A DNA stretch of 64,000 nucleotides from positions 13,268,001 through 13,332,000 of the forward strand of contig JAQFVV010000007.1 in the NCBI GenBank assembly GCA_028023455.1, written 5' to 3'. The notes beneath the pieces are model-generated. The model was not told where the DNA came from, did no database searches, and worked only from the letters and a program-made list of their open reading frames with translations. The stretch is from Epiperipatus broadwayi (Eukaryota > Animalia > Onychophora). Positions 27,305 to 40,290 of this stretch are shown one piece after another. Within the stretch, counting starts at the first letter, position 1; each line of letters opens with the position of its first letter. The position numbers were made by a program, and so were the translations under genes.

Positions 27305-27421
27305 GGTCATCAAGTTAAATGCATGACCAGATTTACATTAGTGTTCCAAAAATATTGATCTATACTGATCAACATTTTTGGAACATAAATGTAAATCTGT
27401 CTATGCATTTAACTTGATGAC
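27305..27421. repeat. Palindrome, ~55-bp arms and 6-bp spacer
   Basis: gtcatcaagttaaatgcat...ttgatc tatact gatcaa...atgcatttaacttgatgac. Confidence 0.85.
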
Positions 27422-27511
27422 TGTTAAAACAGTTTGCACAGAAAGTGAAGATAAAAACATAAGATTAAAGTGACCTGTATCAGTGCATAATCACTTACAT
27501 TATAAATAAAG

Positions 27512-27780
27512 AAGTGTCATATATCCCACTATCAAGAAAATAAAACATTTGAATAAATTTACATAAGACATAACATATTTAAATATTAGACTGATTTAAC
27601 CCGAGAAATCTAACTGCTATGGTTATGGCAAGAATTAGTGAAAGCAAGTGTCATATTTCCCACTATCAAGAAAATAAAACATTTGATTAAATTTACATAA
27701 GGCATGGCATATTTAAATATTAGACTGATTGAACCCAAGAAATTTAACTGCTATGATTATGGCAAGAATTAGTGAAAGCA
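27512..27780. repeat. Tandem duplication, period 134 bp
   Basis: aagtgtcatat at 27512 and 27646 with near-identical units. Confidence 0.9.
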
Positions 27781-27942
27781 TGCTAAGCATATAATAAAAT
27801 AATTTTTAAAACCATAGCATCTTTTCTGAATAAATGTTTGAAACATTTTTTTAGATATCATAATAAAATCAAGAAAAGAAATAAATTATAGTTAGAATTA
27901 AAAATTATTCTGTGTATTGATGAAATTATACTAATTTTCTGT

Positions 27943-28067
27943 TTAGTTTGAGCATTATGACATTAGTTTGAGCATTTTGCACTTTTTAGTTTGAGCATTA
28001 CGACTTTAGTTTGAGCATTAAGCACTCTTTAGCTTGAGTATTATGACTTTAGTTTAAACATTATGCA
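27943..28067. repeat. Minisatellite with alternating 20/23-bp units (43-bp dimer x3)
   Basis: Core ttagtttgagcatt (last two copies degenerate) starts at 27943, 27963, 27986, 28006, 28029, 28049. Confidence 0.9.
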
Positions 28068-29088
28068 CATTACCATAAAATATGCCCATTTAGAAAAAGA
28101 TACATAGAAGCATGTAGCTATTGTCTAATAAATAAAACTATCAAAAGTGAAATTTAGTCCATGTACAATTTAAAACCATTAAAACATCATAAGACTTCTG
28201 CCTCCACATTATATTTAAATAACAAATCTAGATCTACTATAGTTTTGCCATCTATAGTAAGCTTGAATAATCAATAAATGTCAGATGATAAGTAAAAATC
28301 AGTCTGAAGATAGACAAAACAGCAGAAGATGGTGAATTATTAAGCACATGAATCAGGAAACAATTGTTACTCAAGTTTACACTAGAGTTCAGAATTGTAG
28401 TAGGAAAAATAGATGTTACATGTACAATTTACAAAAGATATTGTCAAACCGCTCCTGTTTATAATAAGTGGCTCAAACATAATGGAGAGACTTTTAGTAG
28501 CAATAATTCATTCCATTTATTTTATTTTAGGGCTATTTATTTTGATCTCAATAATAAGTGGATAGTGTAAGGTGTTGCATTCTCTGAATCCCTAGACAAG
28601 TTTCTGGGCATGAATATAGCACTATGTTCCAATGTTCATTGATAACTCTATCTTTCAGTAGATAGCTCTGGAGAAAGTAAACATAATGCATTTGTGCTGT
28701 TGAAAGCATTAGTGACTGTAAATAAGACACTATTGTGTGGTGTGCTATCAAGATCAGTTTCATTATAGTTAGACATCTATCAAATATTTAGGAAGCTATA
28801 ATTGATCTGAGAGTTACAAGGTATTTTCTTAAATATTGTTACATATATCAAGTATGAGACTTGTAGTCATGAGTAATTGTGTATGTGTTCATGACTATTA
28901 TTAATCTATATTGATATAGTTATGCAAATAATATATAGATTGTAATTGGAAATACTTTTTAAATATCATTTATTTTGTTATACAAATATAATAAAGCAAA
29001 TTATTACTGTTTTTACTTTTTCACATTCCAGCACAAACTTATAAAATCTCTTGGATTAAAACATCACAATTTTTATGACTGCAATCTT

Positions 29089-29134
<46 letters not shown>

Positions 29135-32100
29135 ATGGTATTATTTTGTCTAACATCCCATTTCACCTACTATGTTTTGTAGTAGTGTTCTTTCTTTAAT
29201 TCAAACCTCTTTAAATCCATGAATATTGTCATATATTAATGTATATTAACATATATGTGAGTATATTTATACATTTGCATACATTTAGAGATATTAATGT
29301 CTGCATGTGTATTGTTATGTAATGCGTATACTAAGTTATAAATTATATATATTAAATTAAAAATAAGATGTGAAAACATTGTTGTATATGTATGAGAGCA
29401 CCTAAAAATATATGCGAATGAAGCTGCAATGTAATAGATTTTATAAGCCTTGCAACACAATTAAATGATTTTATCTTTAAGTTATTATAAAATTAGATTG
29501 CAAATTTACTTTTGTTTGCATATAAATTTTCAATTCCAGAGGTGACAAGATTACACATTAGCAGAGTGTTTACAAAACTTGAATTTCTTTTAAAAGATTG
29601 TCTGTTTCTTGAAAATTATCCTGCTACACACACCTGGTTTGATTCTGTGGAAACCAAGAGCAGATATCTCAAATAAGTTTTAAATAAATTTCTAAGACAA
29701 AAAAGGCAATCAAGCTGCACTATTTTATGAATAACTTAACCTTCACTTTTGTCTTCTCTAAATTTAGTAAAACTATGTTAAAACTTACACTTAAAAACAT
29801 GTAACCTGTAAAGAAGTTCATGGCTTTTGCAAAGGGAGTCAAAGAGTTAATATAAAAACCTCCCAAATTAAGCACTAAGGTTCACTCTCTTAAATTATTT
29901 TAAATGTTTTGTTGTCATGGGCCACACCCATTTTAACCATGGAAACAAGTGGCTAGATGGCTAAATTTTGCCATCTTCCTTCAGATGACTGGTCTATTGA
30001 AATGGAGGAGTTCAAGACCAACAACCTGCCAAGACATATAAGATAAGTCAACTTAGCAAAGAATGTCAGTGCCAAATGCCATGAATCATGCCTCAGCTAG
30101 AAAAAGATTGGTAACATTTCTTCCCCCAGAGCTCTTTAAAATAAATTTTAATTAAACTACTTTAATAATTTCTCCAGCTAACTATAATGTTGAACATTCA
30201 TAAATTTAGAAACTTAAATGATTTCTTAATAACTAAACTCTGTAATCTAAATAATGTAACTGAAATAATTTAATGTAACTTTAAGTTTAATAATTGTAAG
30301 AATCTTTTTTTATTAAATAAGTAATTGCAATTTAATAATTCTCCTAAGTATAATAACTGCAAGTAGTTATTATATATATTTTCTAATATGAGGTCAAGCC
30401 TATATTATTCTATCATATTTGTTTATATTCATATTATATATGTCATGATTCAAATGGAGATTAGTAATATTAGTTATTAGAGAGATGATTAGAAGCTCTC
30501 ACCTAAATGATTCATGCTGCTTTTTAGCACATATGAATCTCTGTTTTGTTACCTATTCTACATATATGTATATTTAGTTGAGCTACTATGTATTAGCTCA
30601 TCAGGATTAAGGTTTGCATTACTAAATTATATCTAGCTTATTAATAATAAGAATGATATTAGAAAACATATTATAGCTCATTAAGTAATATGCTTTACTC
30701 CTCCTTAGTCTATAATATAAACTATCAGATTTAAGCTGTAAACTAGATTACTATTTAGCACATTTTATGTATGCTAATTTACAAACTGGGATAAAGTAGT
30801 TTCACTGAACTATATATATATAATTTATGCACATTTATTTAGTTATTAAGAATACATATTAGTATTTGTGATAAATGTTGCAAATGTATCTTTATAAAAC
30901 ATGTAGACTGTATAACAACTTGTTATATCTCTAATGGAGCTGCTGTTAATTAAGGCCACCCCTCCATAATTTCAGGTTTAGAACACTAAGCACCTTACTG
31001 AGTTTAAGGCCAGAAAACTTGAGTTTCCAATCCAAGTTTCCTGAACTACAGCCATTCAGTTTTAGGGCACTGAATACATAGTTACTGAAGCCTGTGAGTA
31101 ATGATACATTGGCCCCAAAATCCTTAGTATAGTCTTAGTGCTATGGTTACAGATGCCATGCTATGATCACCAGTTCATCCCTCCATACTAATCTTCAGTT
31201 CAGCCTTGATCTGAACACTAGATCTAGTTTATATAAAACAATCTGCATAGGAAGCACATAAATGCTTAGTATGTAATTTTAATAAACAAGTATATTTTAT
31301 CATTGTCATTCTCGTAATACTTAACTCTTAGCAAACCGAAGAAATTGCATAGCATAATTCAAGCATGATTATAAACTGTAGATGAAATTACTAATAATTA
31401 TAATTAATTTTAAATTTAAACTATAAAGTGCATCATAAATATGAGACCTTGTTCTAAATCCATTCATCATTGTAAGACATCTGCAAGTGTAAATTTCCAA
31501 TGCACTTACATTTGATATTATTTATTTATATTTTAATAATTAAAAATAATAAACTTATAAATGTTTAGTGTGTTATTCGCAACTCCTCCTAAATCTTATC
31601 GGAATATGCATTATCTAGTCAACCATAAGTGCGTGTGTTTAGTTAATTTTGTATTAATTTACTCATTATTATCTGAGTCTCATATTCCACCCTTTGCTAC
31701 TGCTGGCATGCAAATTAAAAGAGGCTGAGTGTAACGTCATATCTATCACTCAGAGAGTAGTAAATCATGGAGTATTGGTGAAGGAACTGAGGTGTGATCT
31801 GATTCAAGGTCTCAAACTGTCATCTATATCAGTTTTGAGATAATTTGTCAAAACTCTGGATGTTGTTGCGTGAACAATATATATAACCATTAAAATCCAG
31901 TCAACACTTAGACAATCCCAATATAGATAACAATCAAGAATTTCAATCTGCTGTCAAGGCAATCTCTTTTTAGCAATAGAGGTGGAATTCCACCTCCATT
32001 AATAGTATCATACATTTATAAAGAAACTAAAGATTTCAACTTGACTACAGAGATTGAAATTATTGATATATATATTTAATAATTTCTAAGTTGTAACTGA

Positions 32101-33065
32101 AAGTAAATAATAAAAAAAATATGATTAAATAAATATAATAGGCAAATTTGTAGTAATTTAAAAATTATTTTTTGTATTTTAGCACAAAGAAATGATGAAT
32201 ATATATATATATATATATATCATATGTGACCTTTTGCTGTGTCTTTTGTGACTATAACCTCTGCAGGTTTAACTGAAGGTAATTATGAAATGTTGAGCAC
32301 AAGTTCAAATGGAAATTGAAGATTCTTTCTAAAGAAGTTGATCATAGTTTTGAAACACAGCATGCATGCATTGAGAACATTTATTTTTTTTACCAGTAGT
32401 GCTTTTAAGTAGAAATAAAAACTTTTGGTAAGAAATTGATATAGTCAGTTTGTAATCAGTTTGGAATATTGGCATATACATGTTTGTTTAATGGCAATTA
32501 TGAAATGTAAAAAATATCTGTTTTGAGTTTTAGTATCACAGTAATAGTAGTTGATATGAGCTCATGTTTTGTCTTTGATATAATTGTTATCCAGACATTT
32601 CCATATTTGGATGACTGCAAGTAGCATCGCCGTAGGGGGATTGAAGTTTGCGAAGCATCAGAAATCATCACATCTCTACCTGATAGGGACATAGCTCCAT
32701 TATTAGTTCAAATATGGCCAGCGATTGATATTGTCATTATTGTTGATTTACCAGTTGAATATTAATTTTGGAAAGATCATTACATTTTTGAGTATTAACT
32801 ACTAAGGATTGATATATATATATATATATATATATGTTAAAACGAAGATTTGCACGGGTTAAATATATAAAATACATATTTTGGGTCATCCTAAAACTTT
32901 TAAACCAATAACTCGTCAACTCGTGTATTGTATTAAAGTTTTTAACCGGAACCCATATATATTTATATATATATATATATATATATTGGTAGCTCTGGCC
33001 TATGAATGTCACATCATTGAATGCATATGACATTTGTTTAAATAATATCTGTAAATAGAGAGATT

Positions 33066-33495
33066 TAAACTCAGGATTTTACAGTCTATTCATCATCCAC
33101 TTCATCTCAAGGAACTGATACACATGACCACACACATGAACAAACAATATGTGTTCCACAATATATGTATTATGTGCAGAAGCAGCACTCATCAGGTGGG
33201 CCAGGACACAATCTCCCATACATAGTGCTTGGTTTATATTGAGATAGCAATTCATCAAACTTTAATTCAGGTTTCAATATTCTCACCCTTCCAACTATTC
33301 AATCATCCATTTCATTGAAATTGATGGTATATATGTGTGGGAGATTATGATCTGGCACAACTGATGAGTGCTGGTCCTGCACAAAATATGTCTATTGTTG
33401 ATCATGCATATTTTTCACATGTGTGAGGTCTTGTGTATCGATTTATTGAGATGATGTGGAGGATGAATGGACTGAAAATCCTGAGTTCAATCCCT
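33066..33495. mobile_element. Second inverted pair of family A (HHR relics 33156-33200 minus, 33354-33400 plus)
   Basis: 33066-33322 is a minus-strand copy, 33330-33495 a plus-strand copy; both have CTGATGA GTGC..GCAC with a mutated GAAA. Confidence 0.8.
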
Positions 33496-34081
33496 CTACT
33501 TGTTTATATAAGAAACATTCAAATAAGCAAATTACATACTGCTTTACAATTAAATAATATCTGTGGAATATTATTAAATTTTTACATTGTTTCTGGGAGT
33601 TATACAAGTGAGTAAACATAAAATGGTCACCAGTATTTCAAACAACATTAAGAGATTTTATTGTGTGTGTTACACTATGTGTATGAGTGGATGATGTTGG
33701 TCTAAATATTAAATATCCACTATACCATACATTAACATAAAAGTTTTACTCAGGTATACTAGTATATTATTGGTTTGCCAAGTTTTTTGTTTGTTTTGTG
33801 ATTTATTTTTTTGGTTTTAACCACTAAATAAATATAAAAAAAATATTTAAGAAAATAAATCGTATCACTGCTTAAAATATTCTTAGATATCAGAAAACTT
33901 GATATATGCCCAGGTTTGAATTCCAATTTCATGCATGTAAATTACACAAGATTCTTTGGTTTCATAAATATTGCCTGATATTACTGATGATACCTAAAAC
34001 AATCCTATTATTTGCTTAAAAAACATCTCAGATAGTGGGAAACTGTCTATGTTCAGTCAGACTTGAAGTTTATTTTATTTA

Positions 34082-34084
<3 letters not shown>

Positions 34085-34146
<62 letters not shown>
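34085..34146. repeat. (TA)n microsatellite
   Basis: Direct reading. Confidence 0.99.
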
Positions 34147-34150
<4 letters not shown>

Positions 34151-35460
34151 GCAGCTTAACCATTTTCAAAATATTGTAAAAAAAACTTGTAGAGATTCCA
34201 TCCAAGAGATAAAATCACTAGTCTGCTTTAATAAGTGCTCCAATTCCACTATTGTAGCCATAGATTTCAGCCTAATATTAGCGATGTAGACCTTAGTTTG
34301 TGTTTACCTACAGTTACATCGATCATAGCTGATTTGAAGTTTTACCCCTGAATGAGACAGAACCATATAACTGTAACAATGCTCTTTGATCACACAAACT
34401 TTTGTCCATTGAGCATGTATTATTTCAAAATTAATTATATTATTAATGTGTTATTATATTCTGGTGAATTTTGTATATTCTGGATTTTACTTTTTTTTCA
34501 TAAAACAGTGTACGTTTTTTATTCCTTTTCTTATAATTACATTTTGAAGATTATAATCTGGTTAACTAACAAAACTTGAAAAACAAGACTAAGGCATGCA
34601 GGATCCTGGTTTCAAAATACCTAACTCTCTTAACAACTGTAATAGATTCAAAATGACTCTTATTAATGACTTTTTATTATTTTAAATAGAAATCCGTTTA
34701 TTTTTTTATGTTGTAGGAAGAACGAGGTTTTAGGATGCCGTGACTAGTTTGATAAAAACTCAAGACCACTGACTCGATGTGACTATGTCATATCTTTGGA
34801 TGTTAAATGATTAATTAGATGAAGGTTATATCATGTAATTAGAAGTATTTATATATTTAACATAATAGATGGAATCTCGTTGCGTTTGGGAGATTATTTG
34901 GAGAGGGTTAAAAAAAAGGGGGAGAAATTAAAAGAACAGATCAAATGTATCTTTCCTTTTTGCCTTTTTCTTTTTTGTTTTTTATTATTATTATAGTTAG
35001 CAAATTGATTGAATTTTTACCTACTTGATTAAATATTAATAAAGAAAATGCTTCTATACCTGAGGGTTTAGAATGTCTCTTTTAATTACATTTGCTTTTA
35101 CGATAAGCGCAATTATTTCAATATTAAGTTTCTTTCCATGTAATTAATACAGTATTAATCTGTTTTAGTAATTGTTAAAACTTTTTATTAAAGCTCCGAA
35201 TTTTACCAGTCTTTATTCTACTAATATTACTTTTTCGACTCACTATTCAAATGTAAAAAAAAAAAAAAATCCGTGAATATGTTTGATAAATTTATTTTGA
35301 TAAAATTAGTATTGATGTTTATAAAGCAGTACAGATAAACGAAGATGTGTATCTATATTTTTTGCAATATTCCAGTGAATATCAGCTGAGAATACATATC
35401 TTCTTAAGAAATTAATCAAGGACATTTAGGATATTCATAAAAGCTAAATACTGATTGAAT

Positions 35461-35660
35461 ATATGCGTGGAGATAGTAATCTGGCCCAACTTATGATTGC
35501 TGGTTTAGCATGAAATACGTTTGTATATTGGTGATTATTTATCTTTTCAACATGTGTGTAATCAGGTGGGTCAGCAATGTGCGATGGCATGGAGAATTGA
35601 AGGTCGTGTAAAAGTCTGAGTTCGAATCCCTTGTATATTACAGTATATTTGTGCAGGTGT
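35461..35660 (+). mobile_element. Family A copy (HHR relic 35483-35533)
   Basis: Aligns with 19515-19710; GGCCCAA CTTATGA TTGCT ggttt AGCAT GAAA TAC gttt GTA TA TTGGTG. Confidence 0.8.
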
Positions 35661-36659
35661 GTGTAAACATGTACAGTGCATTAAGTTAAAAATTGAATAT
35701 TGCAGAAAATATAGATACGTCTAATAATTAGTTCAATGCGGCTTTTTTCTTAATACAATCTATAATTTTTGAATATGAATGTATCGGTAATGATTGATCA
35801 TACTAATCCACTTAAAACCCATTATTAAGTTAGTTATTTAAAGTTATGGCATATAAATTTAAAATAACAACTAAATTTTATATATACTGTACTTATATTA
35901 ATATAAATATAGTTATATTTAAACGTATCAGTATTCTATTTTTTTTTTTGTTTGAAACCATCAACATTATATAACCCGTTTGTAAAAATTTTGTTAAAAT
36001 GTAGAAAAGTATTTTTAAACATATACATAATGAGATCTGCCATACTGCACAATAAATTAATTGGTTCCACAGGATATCCATTATGTCATTTTATTCATTG
36101 TATGTATATATATTTAGAGGTAATCAATTATGTCATCCTATTCATTGTATATTACAAGAATATACATATATTCAGAGTTAATCTATTTCAGATCCAGTCT
36201 ACTTCGAAGTCACTATTCAAAACAGTCATTTAAAACAGTGGAAGGAGGGGAATCCTTTTTGGTGGTGGGACGCATCAAACTTTTTTGATGTAATTTTCTA
36301 AATTCAAGTTAAAAGAAGAAAAATGTAAATACATTATAATTTTTATATTTTTATAATAAATACATTTTTATTTAAAGATGACAAATAATCACAAAAACAT
36401 GTATTACAAAATTATATTTTTAATACGTAAATAATAATAATAATTCTTACATAATTACAGTATATTTCTAATTTTATAAACAAAATAAATATTAATTTAA
36501 TGCAAAATTATTTTATTAATACGAAAGTCGCCATTGTTTATTTTTTGCTAAGGCATTAATATCCAATGAGATATTAGTTATGGCGATTCTTAAAATGTAC
36601 TCCAAATTTTGTCAATAATTCGAGATCTTGTTTTTGATTTCGTAAATGACATTTTGGAA

Positions 36660-37635
36660 AAAATTTAGGTAAAGGTTTACTTTAGCGACCACATCATATT
36701 CGTCCTCTAGTTTTTAAAATTAGAACTAAAATATTTTAAAATCTTACATATATACTCTATATTATAATAGCAGTAAATATTTATTAAAACGTAAAAGATA
36801 ATAAAAAAAAATCATTTACCTTTTTAATCATAATTCTGTCCTCTGCATACTAGGAAGTTGGAGAAAAAGGCGGTGGTGCTGTGTCTACTCCAGATGGAAA
36901 ATTCTTGGAGGTATGATGAAAATAAAGCTCTGCTGGTACCAGATTGGAATTTCAGCTTATGCTTCGCTCTCATCCACATATTTTCAGTATTCTAGGTATG
37001 TATGTCTTGGTCTTCGGGATTCATGAAGTTGTCCTGATGGACAACAACTGAATGCATGTATACCCCATTGTTGAGTCTGCTGATGACCATCTAAAATTAT
37101 GTGAGTACCTGGCAAAATGTACCGCTGGATTAGGGCTTCCAGTGTGACAGCCGTTCTATCCATAACTTCTGTCAAGAAGTACTTTCTCGACACTCTTTCT
37201 ATACCACCAATGACCTCTTCGTACAGTCCTTCTGTGGTATTTTCGGTGAAAATAATATATGTTTCGTAGAACTATAAAACTGTACATGTGTGTGTAATTC
37301 AAATTTTTGAACCCAGAGGGTGTTTTTTTTTTGTAATAAGTGCTTTAAATCTAGATAGTTTAAATTCTTAAGTTATAAATGTAGATAGTTTAAATTCTTA
37401 AGTTTCAAATAATTTAAGCTAATTATTTTAATTAATATAGTGTAATTATTTCAACTTCTTTAAAATGGTAAATATTTTTTTTATTATCTTTTACATTTTA
37501 ATAAATTTTAATGTAATTGTAATATAGTAGCATATACGTAAGATTTTCGAATAATAATTTACTTCTAATTTTGAAAACTAGAGGAAGAACATGATTTTTA
37601 TCATGTAGTCGCTAAAGTAAACCTTTACCAAAATT
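36660..37635. repeat. ~95-bp inverted repeats (36660-36752 / 37532-37635) bracketing the Merlin fragment
   Basis: ggtaaaggtttactttagcgac...cctctagttttt versus aaaactagagg...gtcgctaaagtaaacctttacc. Confidence 0.75.
36825..37290 (-). pseudogene. Merlin-superfamily (IS1016/IS1595-like) DDE transposase fragment
   Basis: RKYHR...IGGIERVSRKYFLTEVMDRTAVTLEALIQRYILPGTHIILDG...HSVVVHQDNFMNPED...NTENMWMRAKHKLKFQSGTSRALFSSYLQEF, with frameshifts and a stop. Confidence 0.85.
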
Positions 37636-37849
37636 TATATGTGCTTCCTAATAATGGTATCATTATTTATTTATTTTTTGCATTATTAATTAAATTAGGA
37701 AATTCCCGTGCTTCCAGATTTTATAAAAATCCCTACTAGAACATTCCACAAACTTTATTTTTAAATTTAATTATTCTTTGAGTTCCAGAATTCCCATTTT
37801 GAAATTTTCAGAAATTTTATTTATGTCACCATGAATGAAGAAGAAAATA

Positions 37850-39678
37850 TTTCAAAATATTTTTTCTTCTTCACAAAATCAATGAACCTTTCATTGACTT
37901 TCTTTTTGAGAGTGATTAAAATATCAATATATTTTTGTTTGTCAAAATTATATTTAACATTTCCTTTAAATGCATCGTAATTTATAAAATTATTATTTAA
38001 CTGAATTTGAAATAGCTTTAGTTTATTTTGAAGGACACAAAGACAACCAAATATGTCAAAAACTATTTGATTTTTTTTCCAATTTTTTATTCATTCAATA
38101 AGATACATCACTATATCTCTAAAAAAAGATAAACCACAACGGATTCTTCATTATAGAGTTCAGGAATGAATTTCCTTCTGGCTTCCGTGAATAGTTTCAG
38201 CTTGTTTATTAATTTCAAAAACCTATTTAGCATACAATAAGATGCCAAATCTGTATATTTTGTACCAATATCCTTAAAAAATTCCTTGAATTCTCAGTGA
38301 CCAAGAGTCAAATTGGATTTAATTTCATTTATGCATTTGATGACAACTTTCATTAACCATATTAATAATTCTGGAATACAAGTTTTGCTGGTGAATAATG
38401 CAGTGTAACATATATTTATTACTGAATTCATTTATACACATGGCATTTTTACAAAGTACTAAAACACTTTTACTTTTTCCAACCATGGATTTGACCCTGT
38501 TGGCAGAAAATTCAGTTATATTGTGATAATAAAGGTTGTATTCTTGCAAAACATTTTTGAGTTTATTAAATATGACTTCTCCAGTTGTTGTTGTTGTCTC
38601 AAGTTGTGCAAGAGATAACATTTCTTCTGTTGCAATAAAGTATTTGTCAATTTTTCCAATAAAAATTAATAGTTGAGCAGTCTCCATTATATCAGTAGTG
38701 TCTTTTCTTGTTGAATGCCAAGGAATACCACTCAAAATTAGAAATGTCTTGTTTCAATAACTTTTTTACATCAGTGGACAGTTCTTCAATTTGTTTTGTA
38801 ATGGTTCTTTGTGATAAACTCATATTCTTGAAATTATTTTTATATTCTAGACAAACTAATTTCATTGCAGTTAGCATACAGTATTTAATAAATTCTCCCT
38901 CTGAATTTTTTTTCAATTTTGTTGTTTTCATTGCAATTACATAATTAACTTTAATAGAAATTTGATATTCATTTGGACTTTTATATAAAAAAAATGTTGC
39001 TGCTCAAATAACATTTTCTTCAAATTTTCTATTTTTGTATTTCTCTCTTTTCCAACATATTTTCATAATTTGAATGTCTTGTAAAACAGTGACTAAATGT
39101 TACACTCCTTGTTAACTGAAAATGAGACACTTTGGTTATTGTTCCATTCAGTTACAAAACAAGCATTGTCCCACATTTCTTGGAATGCATAATTTTTTGT
39201 ATCAACTTCTCTTTTCTTACTACATTAAGACATTTTAATAAGGAAAATATTTTTTTTTTAAAAAGCATTTATTTAAAAAAAAAAAAATTGAAAACAAAAA
39301 ACATTGTTAATATATTAGGCCTCTCCAACTATACACCAAAGTGCTTTGGTCCCTCTTAGGCTGAGCAATCCAAAAATAATATAAAGAAATATGAAATACA
39401 ATTACTACATTTTACTTCAATTTTTCCAACTATTATGTGATACTTAGAAAATGATTTACATTCATGTTAATAAATATGAATAGAAAAGTCAGTAATGAGT
39501 GATACACATGCATGCATAATGTCTCTGTGCCAGTGAAGCAGTTGTGAAGTTGGTCAAGCAAATTCAAGACAGTATATAAATACTTTATAATGTAAATGAT
39601 ACCATAAAAGTAATAGTACTCAAATTGTAGTTAACATAAAATTTTAACACAAGCCAACAGTGCTACTAGATTATCACA

Positions 39679-39756
<78 letters not shown>

Positions 39757-40290
39757 TCAAAACAGACCCACACATAAAGTTGGTATTTTTAGAACATGGT
39801 ATCAACATGGGCCAAAATTTCAATCCACTTAGCATCAAAGTTGTTTGTGCTGAGCCCAATGATCAAAAGATAAAACACAAAGAGATGTGATTTATTGCAA
39901 ATAACACCCATGTGATAAATAAAAAAAGACCCATGCATTGCATTATCATACAAGTGGTATATTTAAATTTACATCTTGCATACTAACTAACTTACAAGTT
40001 ATCTCTTTTATATACTTATCTTAGTGTTATGAATATGATCAGCCTGGTCGAAAGCTGTGCTGAGGTGTAAATTTGTGAAGGAGTTTTAATTTTATAATCT
40101 TTCCATCATAAGGGGCCTCCACTATCTCCTGATTTACAAACAAGTAAATAATAAAATAAAAAATAGATTTAATGTAAATGTATATAGTTTTAAAGACCCT
40201 TTCATTCTATAACCAGAAAACATTCAAGGACTGGATTAGCAACTTTGGAGGGCCAGAGTTGGCCCATGAGTCAGAGGTTTCTCATCCCAG
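37850..40290 (-). mobile_element. Decayed hAT (Charlie/GTF2IRD2-like) DNA transposon
   Basis: ORF 38325..38735 TDIMETAQLLIFI...TTTTGEVIF...SMVG...HCIIHQQNL; N-terminal YAFQEMWDNACFV near 39190; Charlie-like terminus gggccagagttggccc...tttctcatcccag at 40228-40290. Confidence 0.85.

Noticed and set aside
27943-28067. CRISPR-like array
   Set aside because: Spacers are only 6-9 bp and themselves repeat; eukaryotic context with no cas genes.
28531-28760. Exon-like segments (AIYFDLNNKWI; DSSGESKHNAFVLLKAL)
   Set aside because: Phases are incompatible and no homology recognised.
35612-35630. B-box-like GAGTTCGAATCCC suggesting family A is a tRNA SINE
   Set aside because: It lies near the 3' end, has no A box or tRNA fold, and is not conserved in other copies.
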